Positions 1-10,231 of a stretch of DNA of 64,000 nucleotides are shown here, in pieces. Position 1 is the stretch's first letter. Each line of letters opens with the position of its first letter. This stretch comes from an uncultured Gemmatimonadales bacterium (lineage in GTDB: Bacteria > Gemmatimonadota > Gemmatimonadetes > Longimicrobiales > RSA9). Below the pieces are notes generated by a model that saw nothing but the letters and a program-made list of their open reading frames with translations, did no database searches and was not told the origin of the DNA. A program made the position numbers and the translations under genes. The stretch lies in contig OY970192.1 of assembly GCA_963708135.1 (NCBI GenBank), forward strand, positions 5,088,001 to 5,152,000. Reading direction: 5' to 3'.

Positions 1-250
1 GGTGCAGCGCGAGCGCCGCGGCGGCGCCGCCGGTCAGCCCGACCAGCACTCCCGTCGCCGCGAGCCAGCCCCGCTCCCCACCACCTGCCGCACCACGGTC
101 GCGGCGGGCGCGCCCAAGCCATGCGCACGCCGATCTCCCGCGCCCGCTGCGCGACCCGGAACGCCAGCACGCCGTAGACGCCGATGCCGGCCAGCACCAC
201 GCCCATGGCGCCGAACAGGGCGAGCAGCGTGGTCAGCGTCCGCTGCGGTG
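1..250 (-). pseudogene. C-terminal fragment of an FtsX-like/ADOP ABC permease, frameshifted
   Basis: Minus strand reads TLLALFGAMGVVLAGIGVYGVLAFRVAQRAREIGVRMA / LGAPAATVVRQVVG / WLAATGVLVGL across three frames, matching the REIGIRMALGA motif. The upstream part is missing next to the IS. The frameshifts could be sequencing indels. Confidence 0.6.
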
Positions 251-370
251 CCAGAATCCGGCCGACGGCCGCCGCCCGGGACCCGGGACCCGGGGGTGCG
301 GGCGCGGGCGCGGGACGCCGGGCGCGGCTCCGGCCGGCACGACGGCTCCCCTGGCTGCGGCGCGGGGCCT

Positions 371-2400
371 CTAGGCGGAAGTTCCGCCGGACGATAGGGG
401 TGCAATCCTTTGGTGGGCAAGGGGTTGAGCCCCATTTCGCGCTGCAGGATGTAGTCACTAACGTGAAGCTATCAAGACCATTGACATGGGTGCACCCCAA
501 TCTGTAGCTTCATGTGTACTGTAGACGGTAACCATGCGCCCGGAGCTGCCCCTTGCCCGCTCGGTCCGGCCCCGTCCACGTGGCCACCTCCCGCCGCCAC
601 TACAAGGGCAAGGTCTACGTCACTCACCTGCTGCGCCGCACGTACCGCGAAGGCGGCAAGGTCAAGAACGAGACCGTCGGCAACATCTCGCACCTGCCGC
701 CCGCGGTGATCGAGCTCGTGCGGAGGGCGTTGCGGGGCGAGCGCTTCGTGCCCGCCGAGGAGGCGGGTGTGCGGGTTCTGCGGACCCTGCCGCACGGGCA
801 TGTGGTGGCCGTGCTGGGAACGCTTCGGAAGCTGGGGCTCGAGCGGCTGCTCTCGAGCCGGCGCACGCCCGAGCGGGACCGGGTGGTGGGCATGATCGTC
901 TCCCGGATCCTGGAGCCTTCCTCGAAGCTGGCCACCGCCCGCCGGCTGGCCCGGGCGACGGCCACCTCGACGCTCGGGGAGGTGCTCGAGCTGGGAGAGG
1001 TTACGGCGGACGATCTCTATCCGGCGCTGGACTGGCTGGGGCAGCGGCAGGGGCGGATCGAGCGCACACTGGCCGAGCGGCACTTGAAGGAGGGCACGCT
1101 GCTCCTCTACGACGTGACATCCACGTACTTCGAAGGGCGCAGCTGCCCGTTGGCCAAGCTCGGCCACAGCCGCGACGGGAAGAAAGACAAGCTGCAGATC
1201 GTGGTCGGGCTGTTGTGCGCCGGCGACGGCTGTCCGGTGGCCGTGGAGGTGTTCCCCGGCAACACGGCGGATCCGACCACGCTTGCCGCGGCGATCCACA
1301 AGGTGCGCGACCGCTTCGGACTGAGGCGGGTGGTGTTTGTGGCGGACCGGGGGCTCCTCACCGAGGCGCGCATCCGCGACGAACTGCGGCCGGTGGAGGG
1401 GCTGGATTGGATCAGTGCGCTGCGCGCTCCCGCCATTGCGAGCCTCGTCGAGGAAGAGGTGCTTCAGCTCTCGCTCTTCGACGAGCAAGACCTCTTTGAG
1501 ATCACCTCGGCAGACCACCCGGGAGAGCGGCTCATCGCCTGCAAGAATCCCTTCCTGGCCGAGGAGCGGGCGCGCAAGCGAGCCGAACTGCTCGCCTGTA
1601 CGGAGCGGGAGTTGGAGAAGATCCGCAAGGCCACCCTGCGCGAACGCCGACCGCTCCGTGGCAAAGACACCATCGGGATCCGGGTGGGCCGGGTGCTCGG
1701 CCGCTACAAGATGGGCAAGCACTTCTACTACGAGATCACCGACGAGAGTTTCACCTTTCGCCGCAACACCGAGCGCATCGAGGGCGAAGCGAGCCTCGAC
1801 GGCGTCTACGTGATCCGCACCAGCGTGCCCGCGGACATGCTGGGCAGCGAGGCAGCCGTCCAGGCCTACAAGGATCTCGCCCGGATCGAGCGCGCCTTCC
1901 GCAGTTTCAAAACCGTGGACCTCGAGGTGCGGCCGATTCACCACCGGCTCCCGGACCGGGTCCGCGCGCACGTCTTCCTCTGCATGCTGGCCTACTATGT
2001 CCTCTGGCACATGCAGGGCGCCCTCGCTCCGCTCCTCTTCCGCGACGGAGAGCCCGACGCCGGCCGCGCCCGCCGCCCCTCGGTCGTCGCGCGGGCGCAG
2101 CGCTCCCGGGGCGCCGAGGAGAAGGCGGCCACCAAGCGGACGCAGAACGGCGAGGTCGTCCACGACTTCCACACTCTCATGGCCGACCTCGCCACGCTCG
2201 CCAGGAACCGCTGCAGCCCACCCGGCCTCGCGGAGGCCACCTTCGATCTCGTCACTGAACCGACGCCCCTGCAGCGCCGAGCTTTCGAGCTCCTGGGGCT
2301 CTCCGGCCGGTTGTAGACAGAACCGAAGCACCCGCTGCCAGAGCTAACCGCATCGGCAGCAACAAGTTAATACCAATCTCGCGCTGGAACTTCGGTCTAG
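371..2400 (+). mobile_element. IS1634-family insertion sequence, copy 1
   Basis: Bounded by CTAG (371-374, 2397-2400). Imperfect terminal IR CTAGGCGGAAGTTCC / GGAACTTCGGTCTAG. Contains one transposase. Confidence 0.9.
553..2316 (+). CDS. IS1634-family DDE transposase (587 aa)
   Basis: Motifs LLYDVTSTYFEG, GHSRDGK, VFVADRG, IERAFRSFK, RPIHHR...HVFLCMLAY. Confidence 0.9.
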   Translation: MPARSGPVHVATSRRHYKGKVYVTHLLRRTYREGGKVKNETVGNISHLPPAVIELVRRALRGERFVPAEEAGVRVLRTLPHGHVVAVLGTLRKLGLERLLSSRRTPERDRVVGMIVSRILEPSSKLATARRLARATATSTLGEVLELGEVTADDLYPALDWLGQRQGRIERTLAERHLKEGTLLLYDVTSTYFEGRSCPLAKLGHSRDGKKDKLQIVVGLLCAGDGCPVAVEVFPGNTADPTTLAAAIHKVRDRFGLRRVVFVADRGLLTEARIRDELRPVEGLDWISALRAPAIASLVEEEVLQLSLFDEQDLFEITSADHPGERLIACKNPFLAEERARKRAELLACTERELEKIRKATLRERRPLRGKDTIGIRVGRVLGRYKMGKHFYYEITDESFTFRRNTERIEGEASLDGVYVIRTSVPADMLGSEAAVQAYKDLARIERAFRSFKTVDLEVRPIHHRLPDRVRAHVFLCMLAYYVLWHMQGALAPLLFRDGEPDAGRARRPSVVARAQRSRGAEEKAATKRTQNGEVVHDFHTLMADLATLARNRCSPPGLAEATFDLVTEPTPLQRRAFELLGLSGRL

Positions 2401-4426
2401 GCGGAAGTTCCGCCGGACGATAGGGGTGCAATCCTTTGGTGGGCAAGGGGTTGAGCCCCATTTCGCGCTGCAGGATGTAGTCACTAACGTGAAGCTATCA
2501 AGACCATTGACATGGGTGCACCCCAATCTGTAGCTTCATGTGTACTGTAGACGGTAACCATGCGCCCGGAGCTGCCCCTTGCCCGCTCGGTCCGGCCCCG
2601 TCCACGTGGCCACCTCCCGCCGCCACTACAAGGGCAAGGTCTACGTCACTCACCTGCTGCGCCGCACGTACCGCGAAGGCGGCAAGGTCAAGAACGAGAC
2701 CGTCGGCAACATCTCGCACCTGCCGCCCGCGGTGATCGAGCTCGTGCGGAGGGCGTTGCGGGGCGAGCGCTTCGTGCCCGCCGAGGAGGCGGGTGTGCGG
2801 GTTCTGCGGACCCTGCCGCACGGGCATGTGGTGGCCGTGCTGGGAACGCTTCGGAAGCTGGGGCTCGAGCGGCTGCTCTCGAGCCGGCGCACGCCCGAGC
2901 GGGACCGGGTGGTGGGCATGATCGTCTCCCGGATCCTGGAGCCTTCCTCGAAGCTGGCCACCGCCCGCCGGCTGGCCCGGGCGACGGCCACCTCGACGCT
3001 CGGGGAGGTGCTCGAGCTGGGAGAGGTTACGGCGGACGATCTCTATCCGGCGCTGGACTGGCTGGGGCAGCGGCAGGGGCGGATCGAGCGCACACTGGCC
3101 GAGCGGCACTTGAAGGAGGGCACGCTGCTCCTCTACGACGTGACATCCACGTACTTCGAAGGGCGCAGCTGCCCGTTGGCCAAGCTCGGCCACAGCCGCG
3201 ACGGGAAGAAAGACAAGCTGCAGATCGTGGTCGGGCTGTTGTGCGCCGGCGACGGCTGTCCGGTGGCCGTGGAGGTGTTCCCCGGCAACACGGCGGATCC
3301 GACCACGCTTGCCGCGGCGATCCACAAGGTGCGCGACCGCTTCGGACTGAGGCGGGTGGTGTTTGTGGCGGACCGGGGGCTCCTCACCGAGGCGCGCATC
3401 CGCGACGAACTGCGGCCGGTGGAGGGGCTGGATTGGATCAGTGCGCTGCGCGCTCCCGCCATTGCGAGCCTCGTCGAGGAAGAGGTGCTTCAGCTCTCGC
3501 TCTTCGACGAGCAAGACCTCTTTGAGATCACCTCGGCAGACCACCCGGGAGAGCGGCTCATCGCCTGCAAGAATCCCTTCCTGGCCGAGGAGCGGGCGCG
3601 CAAGCGAGCCGAACTGCTCGCCTGTACGGAGCGGGAGTTGGAGAAGATCCGCAAGGCCACCCTGCGCGAACGCCGACCGCTCCGTGGCAAAGACACCATC
3701 GGGATCCGGGTGGGCCGGGTGCTCGGCCGCTACAAGATGGGCAAGCACTTCTACTACGAGATCACCGACGAGAGTTTCACCTTTCGCCGCAACACCGAGC
3801 GCATCGAGGGCGAAGCGAGCCTCGACGGCGTCTACGTGATCCGCACCAGCGTGCCCGCGGACATGCTGGGCAGCGAGGCAGCCGTCCAGGCCTACAAGGA
3901 TCTCGCCCGGATCGAGCGCGCCTTCCGCAGTTTCAAAACCGTGGACCTCGAGGTGCGGCCGATTCACCACCGGCTCCCGGACCGGGTCCGCGCGCACGTC
4001 TTCCTCTGCATGCTGGCCTACTATGTCCTCTGGCACATGCAGGGCGCCCTCGCTCCGCTCCTCTTCCGCGACGGAGAGCCCGACGCCGGCCGCGCCCGCC
4101 GCCCCTCGGTCGTCGCGCGGGCGCAGCGCTCCCGGGGCGCCGAGGAGAAGGCGGCCACCAAGCGGACGCAGAACGGCGAGGTCGTCCACGACTTCCACAC
4201 TCTCATGGCCGACCTCGCCACGCTCGCCAGGAACCGCTGCAGCCCACCCGGCCTCGCGGAGGCCACCTTCGATCTCGTCACTGAACCGACGCCCCTGCAG
4301 CGCCGAGCTTTCGAGCTCCTGGGGCTCTCCGGCCGGTTGTAGACAGAACCGAAGCACCCGCTGCCAGAGCTAACCGCATCGGCAGCAACAAGTTAATACC
4401 AATCTCGCGCTGGAACTTCGGTCTAG
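2397..4426 (+). mobile_element. IS1634-family IS, copy 2 (tandem with copy 1)
   Basis: Repeat of 371-2400 with a 2026-bp period, sharing one CTAG at the junction. Confidence 0.9.
2579..4342 (+). CDS. IS1634-family transposase (protein identical to 553..2316)
   Basis: Identical translation in the ORF track. Confidence 0.9.
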   Translation: MPARSGPVHVATSRRHYKGKVYVTHLLRRTYREGGKVKNETVGNISHLPPAVIELVRRALRGERFVPAEEAGVRVLRTLPHGHVVAVLGTLRKLGLERLLSSRRTPERDRVVGMIVSRILEPSSKLATARRLARATATSTLGEVLELGEVTADDLYPALDWLGQRQGRIERTLAERHLKEGTLLLYDVTSTYFEGRSCPLAKLGHSRDGKKDKLQIVVGLLCAGDGCPVAVEVFPGNTADPTTLAAAIHKVRDRFGLRRVVFVADRGLLTEARIRDELRPVEGLDWISALRAPAIASLVEEEVLQLSLFDEQDLFEITSADHPGERLIACKNPFLAEERARKRAELLACTERELEKIRKATLRERRPLRGKDTIGIRVGRVLGRYKMGKHFYYEITDESFTFRRNTERIEGEASLDGVYVIRTSVPADMLGSEAAVQAYKDLARIERAFRSFKTVDLEVRPIHHRLPDRVRAHVFLCMLAYYVLWHMQGALAPLLFRDGEPDAGRARRPSVVARAQRSRGAEEKAATKRTQNGEVVHDFHTLMADLATLARNRCSPPGLAEATFDLVTEPTPLQRRAFELLGLSGRL

Positions 4427-4681
4427 GCGTTCTGCCCGCCGCATGCGGCGCGCGGCGCGGACCATTCTGCACAATCCTGCCTGCTCTCGGGGCGCTCTCG
4501 CAGTTTGAGGCGTCCAGCGGACCAAACTCCGCTCGCGTTCCTGCGCACCGATGGCGCGAGGGGACTTTGGTCCGTATAGCGGCCTTTTCTGCGACGGCGT
4601 TTCCCGCCCGTCGACGATCTGGATGTTTGGTCCGCCCCCGCCTGCCGGCTGCCGCCGCGCCGCCGGGCGCGCGAGAGGAGG

Positions 4682-5005
4682 AAAGTCCCCACCCTTCGGC
4701 CGTGGAACCGACGCCTGGGGACTTGACCGCGAATAGCGCGGCAAAGTCCCCAACCCTTCGGCCGTGGAACCGACGCCTGGGGACTTGACCGCGAATAGCG
4801 CGGCAAAGTCCCCACCCTTCGGCCGTGGAACCGACGCCTGGGGACTTGACCGCGAAAAGCGCGGCAAAGTCCCCACCCTTCGGCCGTGGAACCGACGCCT
4901 GGGGACTTGACCGCGAATAGCGCGGCAAAGTCCCCAACCCTTCGGCCGTGGAACCGACGCCTGGGGACTTGACCGCGAATAGCGCGGCAAAGTCCCCACC
5001 CCTTC
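4682..5005. repeat. Tandem repeat, 5 full 61-62-bp units plus a partial, each with internal hairpins
   Basis: Unit AAAGTCCCCA(A)CCCTTCGGCCGTGGAACCGACGCCTGGGGACTTGACCGCGAATAGCGCGGC. Internal IRs AAGTCCCCA/TGGGGACTT and CCGCG/CGCGG. Confidence 0.9.
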
Positions 5006-5291
5006 CCATGGACCTGCGGCCCGTGGGGAGTTGACAGCGTTCGCGACGTCGTACGGACGCGTCCGGTGCGCCTTTCGTCTCGGAACCCGATCGATAACGG
5101 GAGCTGGCCCGCGGCCGGCAGGTCCAGTTGCCGACTCTGCTCGCCTCCCCGGCCGGCGCGCGCGGACGCGGATCCTGCTGTCGAGCGGGCGCGTAAGCGG
5201 GTCGATATCTGCCACGCCGTCTTGCCCCCCCCTCCTCGCGGGTGTAGTATCCCCGTAGTGGCTGCACATCGAACTCAATGATCTCGGATGG

Positions 5292-5819
5292 ATGGACAAG
5301 GTGATGTCCAGCTTTCGAAGGCTCGCGTCCATTCCGCGTGAGGCTCGCCCGGTTTTCGGCGCGCTCGTCGCGGCCGCGCTGCTCTGCGCCGGCCCTCGTG
5401 CCGTCTCGGCGCAGCAGGCGGATTCCACGCTGAGGTCCGTGCTGGTGCGGGCTCACCTGGAGAACTGGCTGGTCCAGCTGCGAGGGCCGACGCTCTCGCC
5501 GGTGGCGGGCCGGATCCTCCAGCTGTCCGACACGGCGGCGCTCCTCGTCGGCGGCGCCAGCGCGCGGCTGGACGAGATCACGCGGGTCGAGCGCGGCGGT
5601 CGCGGCCATCGAGGGGCGGTGGTCGGGGCGATCGTGGCCGCCGTGGCGCTCGGAGCCCTCGCCTACGGCTTCTCGGGGCTTTCCGACTCGCTCACTCATA
5701 CGCAGCGCGTGGAGGGGGCGGCTGTGACCGCGCTCGGCGGCGCCTTCATGGGCTTCATACTCGGCGGCATGATCCATCCCGGCCCGGTCCACTGGAAGCC
5801 CGCCTGGCCTTCGCCGTGA
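5292..5819 (+). CDS. Hypothetical exported/membrane protein
   Basis: Signal-peptide-like N-terminus (AVSA|QQ) and Gly-rich hydrophobic C-terminal helices; start uncertain. Confidence 0.6.
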   Translation: MDKVMSSFRRLASIPREARPVFGALVAAALLCAGPRAVSAQQADSTLRSVLVRAHLENWLVQLRGPTLSPVAGRILQLSDTAALLVGGASARLDEITRVERGGRGHRGAVVGAIVAAVALGALAYGFSGLSDSLTHTQRVEGAAVTALGGAFMGFILGGMIHPGPVHWKPAWPSP

Positions 5820-5867
5820 CCGATTCCGCCATGGCTCGACCCGCTGCGCGGTCGCGCCCCCGCGATG

Positions 5868-8159
5868 CTATTCGTCCGCCAGGAAGTGCTCCGCCAGTGC
5901 CTCCTCGATCCCCCTGAATCCCCCCGAGCGCGCGTAGATCCAGGGCACCCCGGCCGCATCACACTCCTTGCGCAGCCGCTCCGACACGTCGTGCCCCGAG
6001 AACTGCCAGCGGAAGACGACGGCGGCGTAGCTGCCATTCGCGATCTTCTGCGCCAGCGCGTCGAGCGGTGCGCTCTCGCCGCGGAACACCTCGCCGAACT
6101 CGACGCTGGCGCCGGTCAGCTCGCGCAGCCGCTCCTCGTGGCCCTCGCGCTTGAGGCCGCCGAGGATGAGGATGCGGCGGTTGAGGAGCGCCTCGCGCAG
6201 GCGGTCCGCGCGGCGCTCCCGGTCGGTGGCGCGCCACTCGGCCAGGGAGCCGGCCTCGGCCCAGGCGCGCTCGACGCGCGAGGTCGCCTCGCGCAGCAGC
6301 TCGGGCGTGGGGCCGCCCTCGAGGACGGCGAGGCCGGTGGCGCGCTCGACGGCGTCGCTCGCGGCATCCAGGTCGCCGGTGGCGAGGGCGGCGTAGGCCA
6401 GCTCCACGAGCAGCGAGACCGCCTCGCCGCCCCGGCCCATGCCCACCAGCCGGTCCACGGCGCGGTGATAGACGCGGTCGCGCTCGTCGCGCGGCAGCGC
6501 GGGCGTGGCCTGTCGCAGTCGGGCGAGCGCCTCCTCGACCTGGGCGCGTGCCAGCAGGTTGGCCACGCGGTGGCTCACGAGCCCCGCCAGCTCCGGCTCC
6601 TCCGCGCCCGCGTCCGCCAGCTCGATCAGCACGTCCGCCAGCGGCGCGGCGTCGGACCGGAGCGCGCGGCGCCGGTCGGTCACGAAGGCGGCGGCGCGCG
6701 CGGCGTCCCCCGTCGCCATGAAGAAGTTGCGGGCGGTGTCCGCGATGAGCTCGGGCGAGGTGAGCCGGCCGGCGGTGCGCTCGAGCACGGCCAGCACGTC
6801 CGGCTCCTCGGGCAGCGTGGCGGCGAGCTCGCGCACGATCCGGTCGAGCAGCGGCGGCTCCAGCCGGTCGAGCTCGGCGAGGAGCCGCGGCAGAACGTCG
6901 CCCTCCGAGAAGTCGAGGCCGGCCACGAGCGCCGCCGCGGCCGGCGCGGCACCGCGCAGCGCGGAGAGCCGGAAGAGGGTGAAACGCGCGCCGTCGTGCA
7001 GCCGCTCCGGCTCGAGCGCCGAGAGCGTCTCGTAGGCCGCCGCGTCGTTCCCCGTCTCCGCCAGCAGCATGCCCCGCCGCTCGAGTACGCGCGACTCGGT
7101 GGGCAGCAGCACTGCGAACGCCTCCAGCACCGCCAGCTCCCGCTCCGCCCCGGGCGCCAGCGAGCGCCGCACCACGTCGTAGAGCCGGAGCAGCGCGTCG
7201 GCCGTTGTGCCGCCTGCGGCCCGGGTGCCTGGCACCGCACCGGCTCCGCCCGCGCCGCCCTCCTCGCCCGCCGCGCCCGCGCCCCTCTCCCGCGTCGCGG
7301 CTCCCGCACCCTCGCGCGCCGCCGGGAATCGCAGCGCGAGCGCCGGGTGCTCCGCCGGGTCCGGTGTCACGCGCAGCGCGAGCTCGCCGCCGGGCCCCGT
7401 CGCCTGAAGCCGGATGGCGACGCTCCCCTCCGCCAGCACCGGCGCCTCCCGCTCGACCCGCAGCAGCCGCCGGTCCGCCTGGCACTCCAGCCGGTGCCCC
7501 GCCAGCTCCGCCTCCGTCAGGTGCGGGTTGTGGAAGCCGACGACCAGCTCCGCCTCCTCGCCCGCCGGCAGCGGCTCGCGCCGTGCCCGGTGCAGCTCGC
7601 CCCCGATCCGCACCCCGACCGGGCTGTAGAAGACCGTGCGCGCGTAGGCCGGCTCCTCGCTCGACAACGACAGATCCAGCACCCCGTCCACCACCCGCCG
7701 CCACCCTTCCTCCTCCCGCTCGTCGTACCAGCGCTCGAGGGGATGAACATCGCGCCGCCGCGCCACGAACTTCTCCCCCGGCACCGCGCCCGGGTCCGCC
7801 TGCCGGACCGCCGCCGTGAACGCCGCCAGGTCGCCGTCGGGCGGGCCCGTCCAGTCCCCCAGCGCCAGCCACAGCCGCAGCGACGTGTCCTCCCACCGAG
7901 CCTCCACCACCTCCGCCTCCCGCACCGGAAGGAACAGCGCGTACGGCCGGTCCGTCAGCAGTACCAGCGCGCGCGTCCCCGGCTCGATCGTCCCCGCCTC
8001 GTAGCACTCCGCCGCCACCCACGACCGGTTCCACGCCAGCTCCACCATGCCGCCCCGCTCCGCCGCCAGCAGGTGCAGGTTCTGCCGGCGGTACAGCGGA
8101 CGCCGCGAGGCCTTGAAGAGGAGGAGCGTCGCCGGGGTGTTTCCGGGAGGGCTGAACAT
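5868..8159 (-). CDS. 763-aa hypothetical protein with a helical (TPR-like) middle and a C-terminal DUF2325-like domain
   Basis: Long ORF with protein-like composition. C-terminus RILILGG...AAVVFRWQFSGHDVSERLRKECDAAGVPWIYARSGG resembles DUF2325. Confidence 0.7.
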   Translation of the reverse strand: MFSPPGNTPATLLLFKASRRPLYRRQNLHLLAAERGGMVELAWNRSWVAAECYEAGTIEPGTRALVLLTDRPYALFLPVREAEVVEARWEDTSLRLWLALGDWTGPPDGDLAAFTAAVRQADPGAVPGEKFVARRRDVHPLERWYDEREEEGWRRVVDGVLDLSLSSEEPAYARTVFYSPVGVRIGGELHRARREPLPAGEEAELVVGFHNPHLTEAELAGHRLECQADRRLLRVEREAPVLAEGSVAIRLQATGPGGELALRVTPDPAEHPALALRFPAAREGAGAATRERGAGAAGEEGGAGGAGAVPGTRAAGGTTADALLRLYDVVRRSLAPGAERELAVLEAFAVLLPTESRVLERRGMLLAETGNDAAAYETLSALEPERLHDGARFTLFRLSALRGAAPAAAALVAGLDFSEGDVLPRLLAELDRLEPPLLDRIVRELAATLPEEPDVLAVLERTAGRLTSPELIADTARNFFMATGDAARAAAFVTDRRRALRSDAAPLADVLIELADAGAEEPELAGLVSHRVANLLARAQVEEALARLRQATPALPRDERDRVYHRAVDRLVGMGRGGEAVSLLVELAYAALATGDLDAASDAVERATGLAVLEGGPTPELLREATSRVERAWAEAGSLAEWRATDRERRADRLREALLNRRILILGGLKREGHEERLRELTGASVEFGEVFRGESAPLDALAQKIANGSYAAVVFRWQFSGHDVSERLRKECDAAGVPWIYARSGGFRGIEEALAEHFLADE

Positions 8160-8506
8160 GGTCTCAATCTCTCATGGCGACGGCGCCTCGCGCCATGCCG
8201 GGCGCGGAATCCCCCGCAGCCGCAGGCCGACGGGGCAGTTCGAGGATTCAGGAATTCGTGAATCGCGGTCGCGGGAGGCGCGCCGCGACCGCACGGGGGT
8301 CGCGCAACGCGACGCGTCCCGAAAACGGCTGCGCGCGTGAGCAGCGCACCCGCACACGCAGCCGCACCCGAACACGGCACACGCACACGGGTCCAATCCT
8401 CCACCCGGCGCGAAGTGACAACCGACACCCGGAGGTCAACGTCGGGGCCGCCGATTTGCCCTCGACACGGTGCCCTGCCGAGATTGCGCGCGAAAGCGAG
8501 GCGCGC

Positions 8507-10231
8507 GTGAGCAACAGGTTCGTTGGCCGCCCGGAAGCCGGGCCGGGGGAGTCATCCGCCGCCGTGGAATCGGCGGCGAGGGGCGCCACGCGCCGCGCGT
8601 TCCTGGCGGATGCCCTCTGCGCCGCCTGCGCCCTCGCCCTCGCCCCGCTGCGGAGCCTGGTGGGCCCGCGGACCGGGAGGCGCGCGGGCGGTCTCCGGGC
8701 GGCGTCGCCTGCGGCGGTGCCGTTGCAGGCGACGGGGCCCGTCACGCCGCCGGCGCCCTACGGCCCGCTCCCCACGCCGCGTCAGCTTCGCTGGCACGCG
8801 ATGGAGCTCACCGGCTTCCTGCACTTCGGCGTGAACACGTTCACGGACCGGGAGTGGGGCTACGGCGACGAGTCGCCATCACTCTTCGCTCCGACGGATT
8901 TCGACGCCGACCAGATCGTCGAGGCGGCGCGCGCGGGCGGCATGAAGGGGCTGATCCTCACCTGCAAGCACCACGACGGCTTCTGCCTCTGGCCGTCGCG
9001 CTACACGCGCCACTCGGTGGCGGCGAGCCCGTGGCGCGGCGGCAGGGGCGACGTGGTGAGAGAGGTCTCGCGCGCGTGCGAGCGGCAGGGGCTGCGCTTC
9101 GGCGTCTACCTCTCCCCCTGGGACCGGAACCGCGCCGACTACGGCCGCCCGAGCTACCTGGCGTACTACCGCAATCAGCTCCGCGAGCTGCTCACGGGCT
9201 ACGGCCCCATCTACGAGGTCTTCTTCGACGGCGCGAACGGCGGCGACGGCTTCTACGGCGGCGCCCGCGAGACCCGGCGCATCGACCGGAAGACGTACTA
9301 CGACTGGCCGGACACCTGGGGGCTCGTGCGCGAGCTGCAGCCCGACGCGGTGATGTTCAGCGACGCCGGGCCCGACGTCCGCTGGGTCGGCAACGAGCGG
9401 GGCGAGGCCGGCGAGACCTGCTGGGCGACGCTGGACCGCGCCGACTTCGTCCCCGGCGACGCCGACGCCGCCCGCCTCGTCCGCGGCGACCGCCCCGGCA
9501 CCGACTGGGTCCCGCCCGAGAGCGACGTCTCGATCCGCCCGGGCTGGTTCTACCACGCCGTGGAGAACGGGAAGGTGAAGAGCCCCGAGGGGCTGGTCGA
9601 GCTCTACTTCACGTCCGTCGGCCGCGGCGCCTCGCTGCTGCTCAACGTGCCGCCCGACCGCCGCGGCCGCATCCACGAGACCGACGCCCGGGCGCTCCTC
9701 GGCTTCCGCCAGGCCCTCGATGCGACGTTCTCCAGCGACCTCGCCGCGCGCGCCGCCGCCACCGCGAGCAACGAGCGCGGCGGCGGGCGGGATCCGCGCT
9801 TCGTCGCCTCGAACGTGCTGGATGGCCGCCGGGACACCTACTGGGCGAGCGACGACGACGTCCACACCCCCGCGCTCACCCTCGACTTCGGCCGCGACGT
9901 CACGTTCGACGTCATCCGGCTGCGGGAGCACCTGCCGCTGGGGCAGCGCATCGAGGCGTTCGCGCTGGACGCCTGGGCGGCGGGCGGGTGGTCGGAATTC
10001 GCGCGCGGGACGAGCATCGGCAGCTGCCGGCTGGTGCGGGTGGCGCCGACCACCGCCGCGCGGCTGCGCCTGCGGATCGTGAAGGCGCCCGTGTGTCCGG
10101 CGGTGGCGGAGGTGGGGGTGTTCGCCGCGGCGTCGCCGGCGCCGGGTCAGGGCGAGCGGAGCAGCCGTCAGATGGGCTTGACCGCGACCACCTCATCGAG
10201 TCCCGCGAAATCCGCCGGGTTGCGCGTGTAG
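8507..10231 (+). CDS. Alpha-L-fucosidase (GH29) with Tat signal and C-terminal F5/8 type C domain
   Basis: TRRAFL Tat motif; HFGVNTFTDREWG, LTCKHHDGFCLWPS, VYLSPWDRN, DVSIRPGWFYH. GTG start inferred; the 3' end overlaps the convergent vapC. Confidence 0.9.
   Translation: MSNRFVGRPEAGPGESSAAVESAARGATRRAFLADALCAACALALAPLRSLVGPRTGRRAGGLRAASPAAVPLQATGPVTPPAPYGPLPTPRQLRWHAMELTGFLHFGVNTFTDREWGYGDESPSLFAPTDFDADQIVEAARAGGMKGLILTCKHHDGFCLWPSRYTRHSVAASPWRGGRGDVVREVSRACERQGLRFGVYLSPWDRNRADYGRPSYLAYYRNQLRELLTGYGPIYEVFFDGANGGDGFYGGARETRRIDRKTYYDWPDTWGLVRELQPDAVMFSDAGPDVRWVGNERGEAGETCWATLDRADFVPGDADAARLVRGDRPGTDWVPPESDVSIRPGWFYHAVENGKVKSPEGLVELYFTSVGRGASLLLNVPPDRRGRIHETDARALLGFRQALDATFSSDLAARAAATASNERGGGRDPRFVASNVLDGRRDTYWASDDDVHTPALTLDFGRDVTFDVIRLREHLPLGQRIEAFALDAWAAGGWSEFARGTSIGSCRLVRVAPTTAARLRLRIVKAPVCPAVAEVGVFAAASPAPGQGERSSRQMGLTATTSSSPAKSAGLRV

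Noticed and set aside
472..2331. 619-aa antisense ORF in each IS1634 copy, and long antisense ORFs such as 5865..8261, 13244..15778, 42402..44408 and 53732..55900
   Set aside because: Shadow frames of real genes in high-GC DNA; no recognisable motifs.
4682..5005. Possible mini-CRISPR array
   Set aside because: Units are near-identical with no unique spacers.
4278..5792. Minus-strand ORFs with internal peptide repeats
   Set aside because: They cross the 61-62-bp tandem repeat and the IS end, with frames rotating per unit; not coding.
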